This document shows, in pieces, positions 44,971 to 55,572 of a stretch of 64,000 bases of DNA. The stretch lies in IMG/VR virus record IMGVR_UViG_3300037483_000425, positions 1 to 64,000 of that record; one strand, given 5' to 3'. The position numbers and the translations under genes are program-made. Numbering within the stretch: position 1 is the first letter of the stretch; each line of letters opens with the position of its first letter. Under the pieces are notes generated by a model. It did no database searches. It was not told where the DNA came from and saw only the letters and a list, made by a program, of their open reading frames with translations. The DNA comes from a virus. Lineage: Duplodnaviria; Caudoviricetes.

Positions 44971-47850
44971 TTAAGAGCCGGTTTGTCCACCATCTGTATC
45001 ATCAAATTCAGAAAGGATACTAATAGCGCTCTTCACATTCTGCAACAAGCTATTATATTGGCCATAAGCATCTCCGATGGGTGTAAGAAAACAACTCGTT
45101 TGAAATGAACCTGGCTTAATTGAGTGCTGAATTTTTGTTGCGGCATAGATGTTGTCAATGCTTGTTCCCGTTCTTAGATCACAAAATAGGTTTTGTGTGA
45201 ATTCAAAAATTGGACAACCCATCATTCTCATATCCGCTTGTGCGGGGAATACACGAATAGGCAAACCAGATGTCGCCGCCCCTTCAGGCGATAAGTCTCC
45301 ACGATCTCCCGTTGTAATCATATTAATGGTGGACAATTTTTGATCTTGCATCGTTTTGAATCCGGCATCCAAAACTGCACTATTATTCATTCCATGAAAA
45401 TATGTCGGCATTGTATTTGCAATAAATGACTTAATCTGATTTGCTCCAGCAACAAATCGATACACTTGAGCTTCAGGATCTCCCTTACCATCTACTGGCA
45501 TAATCCTGCGAATATAATTTCTTCCTACAGCTTTTTGAATCAGTTTTTTTAATTGAGATTTATCGTCGCCGTCAAGAACCAAAGGTGCTTCTGGGTCCAC
45601 GCCAGCTCTCGCTTCGCTAACAAATTGACCTAATGTTGAAATAGAGTTGTTTCTCTGTGCGGCCAAGAATTCTCCCTGACTTTGATAAGCAGATGCAAAC
45701 TTGTCAAATATGTGGATTCTCAAGACCGTATATCCATCAAATAAGGACTTAGGCTTTCCTTCACTATCTGGTGCTCCAGGAACACATTCCACATACATAT
45801 CAATCTGGGGCAGCTTAAATCGCCCATCAGGAACTCCCGCCTCTTTCATCCTTTCTTCAATCTCATTATTCAATTTTGTTGGATTATTTCTAAATTCTCT
45901 TTTGGGAATGTTCCTTTTCCCTGTTTCCTTATCTGGCTCATAACTGTAAAGATCTCTCAATCCATATGTTGGATTAGAAATGTCCTCCAAAAATGTATTG
46001 GACAAAAAGCTCATAAATTCTCTTAGTGCCAAATTAGAAGTCCTTCTCAATGTTGCCAGCTTCTTATATCTTTTTTGAAAATCAGAAATGACAATAGGAA
46101 AAGAACCAATGTTCATTCCTTTGCCAAATCCGGCATTATCATTCAATGTATAATAAACGAATTGAATATCATCAAACTTTTTCAAGGCAGCCAAAGGCTG
46201 TCCTATAAACAATGTCATTATTTTCGCCAGTGAAACAAACTGTTCAAACTTATCACCTCCAACAAGTCTATTTTTCAAAAATTCCGTTTCCAAAAATGGA
46301 TCCGGAGTCCTCTTTCCTCCTTGCTTAACCGACCTCCCTTTAATAACGCTTATTTTATCATCAATTGCCTTGCCAATAACAATACCAATGTCTCGCGCTG
46401 CCCCGTTTGTTCCATCTGTTCCATAAAGATCGATCAATGAATCTCTCAATTCTTTGGCATCATGCGAAGGATTGTCTGAAAGATTGACCAATGTTTTCTC
46501 AAGTTCTCGTTGAAGTTTTCGACTTAATTGCAGATTTGAATTTTGATCGCCGGCTGTGCTCAAGATTTGTTGTCCACGAATTTCCTTTGTTAGATTATCA
46601 TTTTTGAAAATGCTTTGCCTTAGCTCAGATATACGCTCTTGCAATTTGTTGATTATTTTTTGTGTGTCCTCAACTTTGGCACTTTGACCAACTTTGCTGG
46701 TATACATGTCAACAGCGCCTTTTGTATATAAAGACAAAGAAACGTCAACTTCTCCATTTGGTCTAAATCCCAAATCATAATTGCTTACAGCATATTTTTC
46801 TTTAACTCTCAAGGCGTTCAGAAAATTTCCAAACACATTATTTCCACTTTTGTCTGGATGTTCCCATCCATATTCAATTAGCATTTCTGTAACATTATAG
46901 AGTCCTGGCTTGATAAAATCAGCTATTTCATGCAATCTCGTTTGGTCATGCAAAGTGAAAGCAAGCTTTGCGGTTCTATGAGACATCAGCCCAGCAGCTG
47001 GTGCCACGTCCACATCGAAACTCTTTAGTGATGCCAAAGGCCGAAATTTGTCAAGAACAGGAACAACACGAGCAGAACTGGCATCGGACGTATTTGCATT
47101 AATAAGAGTTTGTGGCATTAAAAACAATTCCATGCCAGCCTCTCCAAATCCATCAGAATTATTGTCTCCAGCCAATGCAAACTCTGTATCACGAGAAACT
47201 GCTGTCTGCATCTTCAAATCAAACGATCCATTCAGCGGACCATTAGAATATAAAGAAGTCGCTCCATTCAAAAATTTAACAGAAGATAATGTTGATGCAC
47301 GACCTGTGGCCGAAATCGCCGGTCTTTGGAATTGAAATTTAACCGTCAAATAAGGAATCGCTCGGGACCACTCTAATGTTGGAATTGCGCTCAAAAAAAC
47401 TGATAAAGCATTCGCATTTTTATTTGAAGGGGAAATTCTTGAAGTCATAACCTGATAAACGGATAAAGACGTGTTATTTTTGCTTGGATTATTTGGTGTG
47501 CTATTTATGCCTTCATCATTAGAAGATCCAAGAATTTCTTTAATCCCAATTGACTCTCCTGATGCAAACGTAAATTCTGGCTCATAAATGGCTCGGACTA
47601 CCTTATTTGTTTTTCCTGCACCCAGACTAAGATCTAATGCTGTTATTTTCTTAACAAGAGAAGGAGAGATTAAAGACCCTCTTTGTGTTTCAACAACAAG
47701 ACTTGATAATTCTTTCAATAATAAAGGAGGATCATCTTCATTAGGCAACACATTTAAAAGAAGATCGCTGCTTACCAACTCTTCTAAAGAAAAAAGTTGA
47801 TAATACTTTCTCAAGTCAGCAACAGCATCATCTAAAGCAGTTTTTGGCAT
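44971..47850 (-). CDS. Baseplate hub / tail-associated structural protein
   Basis: 959 aa directly after the LysM gene; IEYGW and C-terminal MMGCP...F.D..TGTSIDNIY....I.H.I.PG.F.T pattern typical of hub proteins. Confidence 0.6.
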   Translation of the reverse strand: MPKTALDDAVADLRKYYQLFSLEELVSSDLLLNVLPNEDDPPLLLKELSSLVVETQRGSLISPSLVKKITALDLSLGAGKTNKVVRAIYEPEFTFASGESIGIKEILGSSNDEGINSTPNNPSKNNTSLSVYQVMTSRISPSNKNANALSVFLSAIPTLEWSRAIPYLTVKFQFQRPAISATGRASTLSSVKFLNGATSLYSNGPLNGSFDLKMQTAVSRDTEFALAGDNNSDGFGEAGMELFLMPQTLINANTSDASSARVVPVLDKFRPLASLKSFDVDVAPAAGLMSHRTAKLAFTLHDQTRLHEIADFIKPGLYNVTEMLIEYGWEHPDKSGNNVFGNFLNALRVKEKYAVSNYDLGFRPNGEVDVSLSLYTKGAVDMYTSKVGQSAKVEDTQKIINKLQERISELRQSIFKNDNLTKEIRGQQILSTAGDQNSNLQLSRKLQRELEKTLVNLSDNPSHDAKELRDSLIDLYGTDGTNGAARDIGIVIGKAIDDKISVIKGRSVKQGGKRTPDPFLETEFLKNRLVGGDKFEQFVSLAKIMTLFIGQPLAALKKFDDIQFVYYTLNDNAGFGKGMNIGSFPIVISDFQKRYKKLATLRRTSNLALREFMSFLSNTFLEDISNPTYGLRDLYSYEPDKETGKRNIPKREFRNNPTKLNNEIEERMKEAGVPDGRFKLPQIDMYVECVPGAPDSEGKPKSLFDGYTVLRIHIFDKFASAYQSQGEFLAAQRNNSISTLGQFVSEARAGVDPEAPLVLDGDDKSQLKKLIQKAVGRNYIRRIMPVDGKGDPEAQVYRFVAGANQIKSFIANTMPTYFHGMNNSAVLDAGFKTMQDQKLSTINMITTGDRGDLSPEGAATSGLPIRVFPAQADMRMMGCPIFEFTQNLFCDLRTGTSIDNIYAATKIQHSIKPGSFQTSCFLTPIGDAYGQYNSLLQNVKSAISILSEFDDTDGGQTGS

Positions 47851-47851
47851 C

Positions 47852-48145
47852 TTAACCTATAATCTCCGTAATATCATCTAAGCTCGGAATTCTAATTAGC
47901 GTTCCTGGCGGAGCTTGAATGCTCCATCCAATCTCAGATGCAGCAGCAATTATCCACCAAAGCTTTGCGTCTCCATAAACTTGTCCAGCAATACTATCCA
48001 GTCTCTGACCCTTAGATAGAATCTGAACTGTTGACTTAATCAATCCTGATTCTATACCATTTCGGATAGAAATAATTGCTTTGGATGTACCATACCTTTG
48101 ATTGACTCCAATAATATTTGAACGAGCGTATCTTTTAATTGACAT
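47852..48145 (-). CDS. LysM-like baseplate wedge protein (gp53/tail X-like)
   Basis: GQRLDSIAGQVYGDAKLWWIIA...GTLIRIP. Confidence 0.85.
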   Translation of the reverse strand: MSIKRYARSNIIGVNQRYGTSKAIISIRNGIESGLIKSTVQILSKGQRLDSIAGQVYGDAKLWWIIAAASEIGWSIQAPPGTLIRIPSLDDITEIIG

Positions 48146-51100
48146 TATTGACCTTTCTTATTCGGGTTCCTCAAAGCGATGGAAGCCTTTTGATGATTCT
48201 CAATAAAGTTTTCTTCAGCTGTATCGTTTGCCATATAAGCATCTCCATTAATCCTATGAGCAATCTGTCCAACAGGATACTGAACAGCACGCATGAATCC
48301 TGTATGATCAATGCCTGGCGCGATATCATGGATTACTGCAAACGTAATATTGCATTTCAAAAACTTGGGAGCCCTTGACCCAAACTCAGAAGTTTCCCAA
48401 ACAATCGTTGGCGCAGCAAGTTCCGTGAAAGAAAGCGTTGTAATCACGCCTCCCAAGCCTTTACCCTGAACTGACTCAAAAGCACGAACAATTGAATTTT
48501 GATCAGAGCTAAATGGATTTTCAATGCCTGATGCAAAAACATCTCCATTTTCTGTTATGCCTTGACCTTTAAGCCCCGCTGGAATCAATGGATTATTACT
48601 AAATCCAGCAGCCCTAATGACCCCAATTGGATCAGGAACCAAATCATCATGTGTTACCAAAAATTCTCCACTTGTTTCATCCGCTTCCGCTTGCGGTCCT
48701 GAAGCTATGCGAACTTTGTAATAAGCAACCTGATGCTCTCCATAAGGCTTTACCTTTGCTGTCGACAATCCTGGGACTATTCCTAAAGCAAATATTGGGC
48801 CCACAATTTCAACTTGTGTGCTCGCCGTGATTACCAACTTCTTTCTTGGCTTTTGGCCAAATAATGCCTTCGCTCTTGCTGCTTTTCTTAATGGATCAGC
48901 ACCCTCAGCCGAAGGATATCCAGATCTCTTTGGCAATAATATTGCCGTTTCGCTAGCCTGATATCCATCTTTTGACTCTTCCGTTACCGCAGGATTCCTC
49001 AACATCCTTGAACGTGTTTCAAGAATCTTCTTCTTTTTTGTTTCAACATTCGGATCTCCAATTGTTTTCAAGATATTAGATTTATCGCTTCCAACTCCAA
49101 ATAATCTCTCTAAAGCAAATTTAGAATAATTTGTTCTAATTAAATCACCTATTCTCAATCTAATAACTGGCGTGCTCGCTGGAACCTGAGAAAATGGCTG
49201 GATGAATTTTGTACCAGCCTGATCTGAAACCTGCCTTCCTTCAGTCCAAGATGGATACACCAAAGAAGACAACTTATTAATCTTCCACCACATCAAATCA
49301 AAATCTTCTTTATTTGTAGCGACAATATTAAATGTAAATGTTATCGTTCTTTCCGTTGACGCATATGTTCTAACATTGTCAATTCTTCCAAATGCTTGAG
49401 AACTTTCGTATTGTGGAGTATAGACATCCTCTAAAGAATCCAAAAATGCATGAAATGATATAATCTCATTCGTCCTCAAATCATGAAAGTAAAATGGAAC
49501 ATATTCTGAATCAAGCTGTGTCTCAATTTCTTCAACAACTTCTTTCTTTATTCTTCCGTTTCCATCGACGTCTTTTCCTTTAGCAACCTGATTTTCCTGA
49601 ATCGACGCCAAAGCTCTATCAAAATGATTTGCATTATTGTCATGCGCAAGTAAAGAGCCCGCCTTCAAAATCTCAGCAGGAAACAAGAATTTAGAAAGAG
49701 TGGCTCCTGTTTGCATTCCAGACTTCAGACCAGATCTGCTGTTTCGAATTCTCATTACATTCGTTGCAGGATTAATCGGGAGATTCTCGATAGAAGACTT
49801 CTTTCGATCTTTTGGATCGAATCCTTGTTCTCTAATCTCTTCTGCACGATCTCCCAATTGAGCAAGAACATTTAAAAATGCAATGATTTTAGAACTCTTT
49901 AATATATCAATTAATCCTAAAAATGCTTGCGCTGCATCCAATGGATTCTGAGAATTGGTGAACACATCAGCTACACTATTCACAATAGTATTCCCGCTTC
50001 GCAAAATAGAACGAACAAGAATTGTATATGTTTGAGGTTCTTTTAGTAATCTCTTAAAGCTTGCGCCATCAAAATCAAAGAACACATCCAGGCCTGAGTT
50101 AACGACCGTCAAAAAGTCTCGCTCAGTTTCACGAATACCAATTGCCCTCAAAGAAAATGCACGAAAGCCTGACAAGTCTTCTTTCCCAAATTCTCCAGCA
50201 ACAAAAGGCCCACGATTTGGAACATTGGCAAGCTTTTCTTTTACCATCAAGGACAAAAATCCAACAAAAGCCTGAGTTACCAATCTAATGCTCACAGCTA
50301 ACGCTGTTCCGAGGATTGTCATGCCTATTGGCAAAAATCCGTCATAAGGCTCAAATGGGGTATTCAAGTGTCCCCACGATCTATTGCTAGGATGAATCGC
50401 CTCTTCAGAATCTGTTCTAATCTTTTCTATTCCAAAGTTTTCTTCCATGACGGTGGAAGCACGAACATTATTTGTGTCTACTTTGACCACACCAATCTGT
50501 GTTGCTCCTGGGATTAATGTTAACGCTCCGAAACCTGGATCACTGGGGTTTCCTTCTTGAACGCCGCGAACCTCTCTCGCAGCCCTAAGCATTAATGAAT
50601 GTCCAATTTGTTGAAGTTCGTTCAGCCTAATATCTGACTTATTGCTTATAGAAGGATCTTTAGAAGACGGCGCAGAATATTTTCCAAACTGTCTCTGAAC
50701 TCGTGCAATAACATTTGGAGCAGAATTTTCTGAATCTCTATTTGCATTTCCTAAAAATGGACCATTAACGCCCGGAGAAAAACGATTATTATCAAGAGCA
50801 TTCATAACTGCCCTAATTGTTGGATCATTAGACTGAGGCGTTGTAGACTGCCCAGAATTGTTTGTATTTCCTTCAATGTCCTTTAAAAATGTGTCAGCTT
50901 TGCCTTTTGTTAAAAAATCACCAATTGATGGAAGAAACATGTTCTGGCTATCAGAATATGTTGACAAATTTGGATTATTCATTGTTGATGCATATGGATT
51001 CTCTGCTCCCCTGACTTTATCATCCAAGGGTGCAGGATCTCCATTTTCGTCTCTTGATTTGCTCTTTTGAATTCCTGGAGCTATCTTGAATGTATTTCCA

Positions 51101-51249
51101 TCTCTTCCATCAATCGACAAGCAACGCAAATAATCAGCAAGCGTCTCAATGACTTCATCCTTGAGATCGTCTCCAACTTGCGCTTTCCCATCTTCCCCAG
51201 AGCCATCTATAATATAAATGACTTCTTCATTTTCATCAACTTTTGGCAT
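48145..51249 (-). CDS. Baseplate / tail-tube initiator protein (gp48/gp54-like domain)
   Basis: PFYFHDLR...FHAFLDSLED.Y.P.Y....FGR....Y..TERTITFTF...VYP...P..RLRIGD; between tape measure and LysM genes. Confidence 0.7.
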   Translation of the reverse strand: MPKVDENEEVIYIIDGSGEDGKAQVGDDLKDEVIETLADYLRCLSIDGRDGNTFKIAPGIQKSKSRDENGDPAPLDDKVRGAENPYASTMNNPNLSTYSDSQNMFLPSIGDFLTKGKADTFLKDIEGNTNNSGQSTTPQSNDPTIRAVMNALDNNRFSPGVNGPFLGNANRDSENSAPNVIARVQRQFGKYSAPSSKDPSISNKSDIRLNELQQIGHSLMLRAAREVRGVQEGNPSDPGFGALTLIPGATQIGVVKVDTNNVRASTVMEENFGIEKIRTDSEEAIHPSNRSWGHLNTPFEPYDGFLPIGMTILGTALAVSIRLVTQAFVGFLSLMVKEKLANVPNRGPFVAGEFGKEDLSGFRAFSLRAIGIRETERDFLTVVNSGLDVFFDFDGASFKRLLKEPQTYTILVRSILRSGNTIVNSVADVFTNSQNPLDAAQAFLGLIDILKSSKIIAFLNVLAQLGDRAEEIREQGFDPKDRKKSSIENLPINPATNVMRIRNSRSGLKSGMQTGATLSKFLFPAEILKAGSLLAHDNNANHFDRALASIQENQVAKGKDVDGNGRIKKEVVEEIETQLDSEYVPFYFHDLRTNEIISFHAFLDSLEDVYTPQYESSQAFGRIDNVRTYASTERTITFTFNIVATNKEDFDLMWWKINKLSSLVYPSWTEGRQVSDQAGTKFIQPFSQVPASTPVIRLRIGDLIRTNYSKFALERLFGVGSDKSNILKTIGDPNVETKKKKILETRSRMLRNPAVTEESKDGYQASETAILLPKRSGYPSAEGADPLRKAARAKALFGQKPRKKLVITASTQVEIVGPIFALGIVPGLSTAKVKPYGEHQVAYYKVRIASGPQAEADETSGEFLVTHDDLVPDPIGVIRAAGFSNNPLIPAGLKGQGITENGDVFASGIENPFSSDQNSIVRAFESVQGKGLGGVITTLSFTELAAPTIVWETSEFGSRAPKFLKCNITFAVIHDIAPGIDHTGFMRAVQYPVGQIAHRINGDAYMANDTAEENFIENHQKASIALRNPNKKGQ

Positions 51250-51473
51250 TATTCCCCACTATTATCTATTACTTCATTCATCTTCTTGGATATTGCATCC
51301 ACAAATTCTTTCTCTTTCATAAGCTTTTCCAAAGGATTAAAAAACTGCTCTTGCCAAGCTTTCATATATTTCTCCATATATGCCGAAATCGCCTTTCTTT
51401 CTTCTTTGTCAGCCGATTCTAAAATCTGTTGATACTTTTCGTCTTCAATCAATTGTTTATATAAATCTTTCAT
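51249..51473 (-). CDS. Small hypothetical protein
   Basis: 74 aa, coupled to neighbours. Confidence 0.65.
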   Translation of the reverse strand: MKDLYKQLIEDEKYQQILESADKEERKAISAYMEKYMKAWQEQFFNPLEKLMKEKEFVDAISKKMNEVIDNSGE

Positions 51474-54400
51474 TATGTCTTTTTACTCGCTTTTGTTGAA
51501 GTTAGAAATACATTTTGATCTTTAATGGCAGAAGTTACCGCTTCAGGGTCTAAGAATACCTCAACTTTTACATCAAATTTCATTTTTTGATTCTCGATTC
51601 TAAATTTGTCGTCACCCTTAAGTCCCAGGGCTCGACCAAGATTTTCAATTTGAGGTCTTAGTGTTTTGATATTAATTCCGCTCAAGTGTTTAGTAATTTC
51701 ATTTGCTGCCGTAATCATTTTGGAGATTGCTTTTACTGCGGGCATTTCTGCCATATCTGCATCTCCAACTTTTGACTTCTTGGCATTCGTATTGAATTTC
51801 ATGAACTCATCATGAAATAGTCGAATTCCACCAATCGCTGTGCCCATAGATTCTATATTCACAATTCCGTCAGATATCTCTTTGCGACTTGCGTTTAGTC
51901 TTCCAAATCCTTCAAGCAAAGATTTGTCAGCCAAATTATCAACAGAGCCGCGGATTGTCGTCATTGCCTTTGAGACTTCTTCTGGCTTAATTTGTCCGAC
52001 CTTAATGAGAACACCCAATCCATCAGCCGCTTGACCGAACATTTTTATAGATTCTATTGCCAATATTGATTGGCCAATCTGCTCATCAGAAAATGCTTTT
52101 CCAATATCCAGAAGGTCAGCACGTAAACCCCCATTGCCATCTTTTCCAATAAGCATTGGCTTAACTGTTTCTCTAAAAGTTTCAAGAGTTTTTTCAACCT
52201 GTTTAGGTTTCATCTTTTTAATTCTATTGAAAATATCAAGTTCTACGTCGCTTACATCGGCTCCACCCATTTGGAGCTTTCTTTTCAAAGATTCCGTAGC
52301 TTCTTTCCGTTTTCTTTGTTCAGGAGATACTTCAAGAGCTGTCCCGGCCTCAAGGAATGGAGACATAATTGACTGAACTTTTGCTTGAGCTTTTGCCGAA
52401 GCCTTGTCAAGTCGAGCAATTTCTTTATTAATGTCGTCTTCAGATGGACCTAAAGCAAATCCAGCCTCGCTAAGGCCCATTGTTGCGACTCCAAGCAATG
52501 CCCTATTCTCTTTTGCTGATCTTACCTGCTCTCTTTGAAACATAAGCTTTTCTCTTTCCGCCTCAATTCCTCTTAATCGAATATTTTCTTCAGTTGCCGC
52601 CTCCTGGGCGCGAAGCATCATGTCTTTCTTGGTAAGATCATGCTTTTTACCAAGAGCTATTAGCATATCTGCCTGATGTCCTCGCTCAGCCATTGCTATA
52701 GCTTCTAATTCTTCTTTTTGGATACCAAGTTCCTTGTTCTGGCCAGAAATCTGCTGACGTCGCTGTGCCGCTACCTTTGCAGCGCTTTCTACTTTTTTAT
52801 CAATAAATTCATATTGCTCTGCTACATCAGACCAAGCTTCATAAAATTTGTACGCAATAAGACCAGCCAAAGCAACAGCTGCACCCATCAAACCTCCCCT
52901 TGCCCCCATCATAAGCATTTTTTGCCAACCCATACTTGCAATGGATTTCGTCAAAGATGATGTAACATGAGGATTGCTTAATGCAGCACCAAGCCCAGAA
53001 GCCATCCCCTTTGCTATTCCTGGAACAACTATCATTGCTGCCGCAATCATTCCAGGCTTTGATCCAAGAATTTTCCATAATGTTGGCCAAAAATGTTTGT
53101 CAACCCATGCAACAACATGATCCCAAACTTCTTTCATTAGCTCAACAAAAGCATCTTTTAATTGCCCTGCGACCGGACCTAGCTGTCTTGATATCTCATA
53201 CCAAATGTCAAACAGCAAAGATGCCCCACCTTGACCAGCCTTATCAAACATCTCCTTAAAGGCCGTCGCAAAATCAGTTTCACCACGAACAACACGCGTT
53301 ATCACCTTAAAGAAATCACGCACTTTCTCCATAGCAATCTTCAAGCCAGACAACACAATTTGTCCAACAGCCTTCATTGCCTTTTTCAGTCCTCCAACAA
53401 TTTTGCCCATAGCCGAACTTTCCATGTCAACCATGTCAAAAAATGCATTATTCAGGGCTTTCAAAAGATTTTTCAATGCATCTTCTGCCGTTGAAGGATC
53501 CCCAAGATCTTTAAAGAAATTGCGGAAACCCTGAACAACTTTTCCTGCCATTTTTCTAAATTTATCTGGACTGAAGAAATCTCCAACACCTCTAATAAAT
53601 TGCTTCATTCCTGGGAACATCGTAATGAATGCTCGACCAACACGGCGTCCAGCATGCTCTGTTGCCCAGAGGCTAAGCCTGATATTTCTCATAACTCGCC
53701 AGAAGTCCTTGTTCCAACGAATACCAATTCTCAATCCTCGGACAAACCGATCAAAGAATCCTCCCATTCTATGCCCCTGAAGAACAATTCTTTCGATAGA
53801 AGCTGCCAATCTCTGCATGGCTTCTGCTTGTGTTATTTGCTGTTGTTCCGCTGTTTGTCCAGCTTGCGCAACTTCATCATAACTCTTGCCTTGATTCTTT
53901 AAAGCAAAAACAGCATTCAATGCCTGGTCTTCAATTCCAGCGGTTGCAGCAAGATAATTTCTTTCTTGACGGGTTAGCTTGCTAATATCTTTGCCAGCTT
54001 CGAAGAATGATTGACGAAGCATTTCAATCCTCTTTCCAGGATCCTGCTCCTTAATCATTTTCATCGCATCAATATTGATTCCAAAAGCTTGAGCAAGACG
54101 CGCTGCGCTATCTGCTGCATCCTCAAAGTTGTCAAACTTATCAACAATGCCTAAGAGATCCTTGAAGTCAACACCTAATCGTCTTGTATATGTAGACAAT
54201 TGAGCCATTTCACGAACACCAACTGATCCAAATTTCTTTAGATCTTGAGACATCATTCCGACATCACGAGCAATAACTTTCTGGGATATTCCAAATTGCT
54301 TTCCTAATGAAGTTGAAAAGTTCGTTACGGTTCTTAATGTCTCTTCAAATGTTTTCCCCGTTCCCTGCGTCAATTGGGCCATGGTTTTCATTTGTTCATT

Positions 54401-55210
54401 TGACAATCCAAGACCTTTTTGATATGCCACCATTCGTTCTGCATTTTCTGCAATATGTAATCCGAACTCATGGAATACGGCACCCATTTCTGTTGCCAAT
54501 TCACGAATGGCATTCAATCTATCCCACAAGAATCCCGTCACACGAAAGGTGCTCAATCCTGTTTCAGCCAACTCTCCACGCATAGAACGAGCCGCAGAAA
54601 TAACATTCTTGGCCATATCTGTATGAAAATCACCAAATGTTTTTCGAACATTTTCGTAAGCTTTCCATAGTTCCACGCCTCCGCCACCACGATTCGCTTC
54701 CGCAACAAATGCATTGAATATCTTAAATGGAATTGATAATATAGATTTGCTGATACTAAAGATGCCTTGAACAGCTGTTGCCGCCAAAGAAATTACTCCT
54801 TGGAGTCCGTGACTTAGCGTAGTAAATCCCTTACTTATTCCATCAATAAATCCAACTGAAGCCGCACCCCATGATGACGTTTCTGCTGTTCCTTTTTGAT
54901 ATTGTTCAAATAAGCTCTCAAATCCATCATCTTGTTCTTCCATGGATTCAGCCAGAATTTCTGACATATCTTGCTGTTTTTCAGAGAACTCTTGCGCGGC
55001 TGCGGCTGCATCTCTCAATGAATTCGCTGTACTCTGCGCATTTCTTGCAATATCTCCACTTAGCTGAGCCTCACCTAATGCATTAATAAGCTCATTAGTA
55101 ACCTGAGCTTGTTGGCGGAAAAGACGAGTTGTTTCAGATACAATTCTTTTCCTTTCCGTCAAAAGCTCATTAAGTTGCTTTTGAGTTTCTACATTGTTAG
55201 CGTCAGCCAT
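51473..55210 (-). CDS. Tail tape measure protein
   Basis: 1245 aa, A/G/K-rich helical, hydrophobic central segment; position between chaperone and baseplate genes. Confidence 0.85.
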   Translation of the reverse strand: MADANNVETQKQLNELLTERKRIVSETTRLFRQQAQVTNELINALGEAQLSGDIARNAQSTANSLRDAAAAAQEFSEKQQDMSEILAESMEEQDDGFESLFEQYQKGTAETSSWGAASVGFIDGISKGFTTLSHGLQGVISLAATAVQGIFSISKSILSIPFKIFNAFVAEANRGGGGVELWKAYENVRKTFGDFHTDMAKNVISAARSMRGELAETGLSTFRVTGFLWDRLNAIRELATEMGAVFHEFGLHIAENAERMVAYQKGLGLSNEQMKTMAQLTQGTGKTFEETLRTVTNFSTSLGKQFGISQKVIARDVGMMSQDLKKFGSVGVREMAQLSTYTRRLGVDFKDLLGIVDKFDNFEDAADSAARLAQAFGINIDAMKMIKEQDPGKRIEMLRQSFFEAGKDISKLTRQERNYLAATAGIEDQALNAVFALKNQGKSYDEVAQAGQTAEQQQITQAEAMQRLAASIERIVLQGHRMGGFFDRFVRGLRIGIRWNKDFWRVMRNIRLSLWATEHAGRRVGRAFITMFPGMKQFIRGVGDFFSPDKFRKMAGKVVQGFRNFFKDLGDPSTAEDALKNLLKALNNAFFDMVDMESSAMGKIVGGLKKAMKAVGQIVLSGLKIAMEKVRDFFKVITRVVRGETDFATAFKEMFDKAGQGGASLLFDIWYEISRQLGPVAGQLKDAFVELMKEVWDHVVAWVDKHFWPTLWKILGSKPGMIAAAMIVVPGIAKGMASGLGAALSNPHVTSSLTKSIASMGWQKMLMMGARGGLMGAAVALAGLIAYKFYEAWSDVAEQYEFIDKKVESAAKVAAQRRQQISGQNKELGIQKEELEAIAMAERGHQADMLIALGKKHDLTKKDMMLRAQEAATEENIRLRGIEAEREKLMFQREQVRSAKENRALLGVATMGLSEAGFALGPSEDDINKEIARLDKASAKAQAKVQSIMSPFLEAGTALEVSPEQRKRKEATESLKRKLQMGGADVSDVELDIFNRIKKMKPKQVEKTLETFRETVKPMLIGKDGNGGLRADLLDIGKAFSDEQIGQSILAIESIKMFGQAADGLGVLIKVGQIKPEEVSKAMTTIRGSVDNLADKSLLEGFGRLNASRKEISDGIVNIESMGTAIGGIRLFHDEFMKFNTNAKKSKVGDADMAEMPAVKAISKMITAANEITKHLSGINIKTLRPQIENLGRALGLKGDDKFRIENQKMKFDVKVEVFLDPEAVTSAIKDQNVFLTSTKASKKT

Positions 55211-55247
55211 GAGATCTTAATTCTAGTTCTAAATATCTAATAGCAAC

Positions 55248-55273
55248 AAAAAAGGACCGTAATTACGATCCTT
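55248..55273 (-). terminator. Probable Rho-independent terminator
   Basis: AAGGA(T/C)CGT-AATT-ACG(A/G)TCCTT imperfect stem followed by a T-run on the minus strand. Confidence 0.55.
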
Positions 55274-55572
55274 CAAAGTTCATTGTCCTAATGTCTCTCG
55301 ATTTCCATCGAGCATTTGTTTCTTCGCGGAACCTTTCAGGCTGAACCTGTCTTAGCTTGCCGCGATAAATTCCCTTTTCTGCCTCAGTAAGCGGCCTTTC
55401 TTCTTTCTCGTCTTGGCCATTTTGCTTCTTGACTTCTTTGACAATTTCTCCAATAAAATATCGTCTAAGATTTACTGGCAAAAATCTTGCTTCCCAGTAT
55501 GAAAATCTTCCATAATAAACAAGGAGAAATAGTTCTCGATTATATAAAGAGCGATCATTCAGGCCAAAAAAA
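55263..55572 (-). CDS. Tail assembly chaperone C-terminal frame (probably reached by frameshift)
   Basis: ELFLLVYYGRFSYWEARFLPVNLRRYF; no ATG start; opens at the U7 run in the upstream gene. Confidence 0.65.
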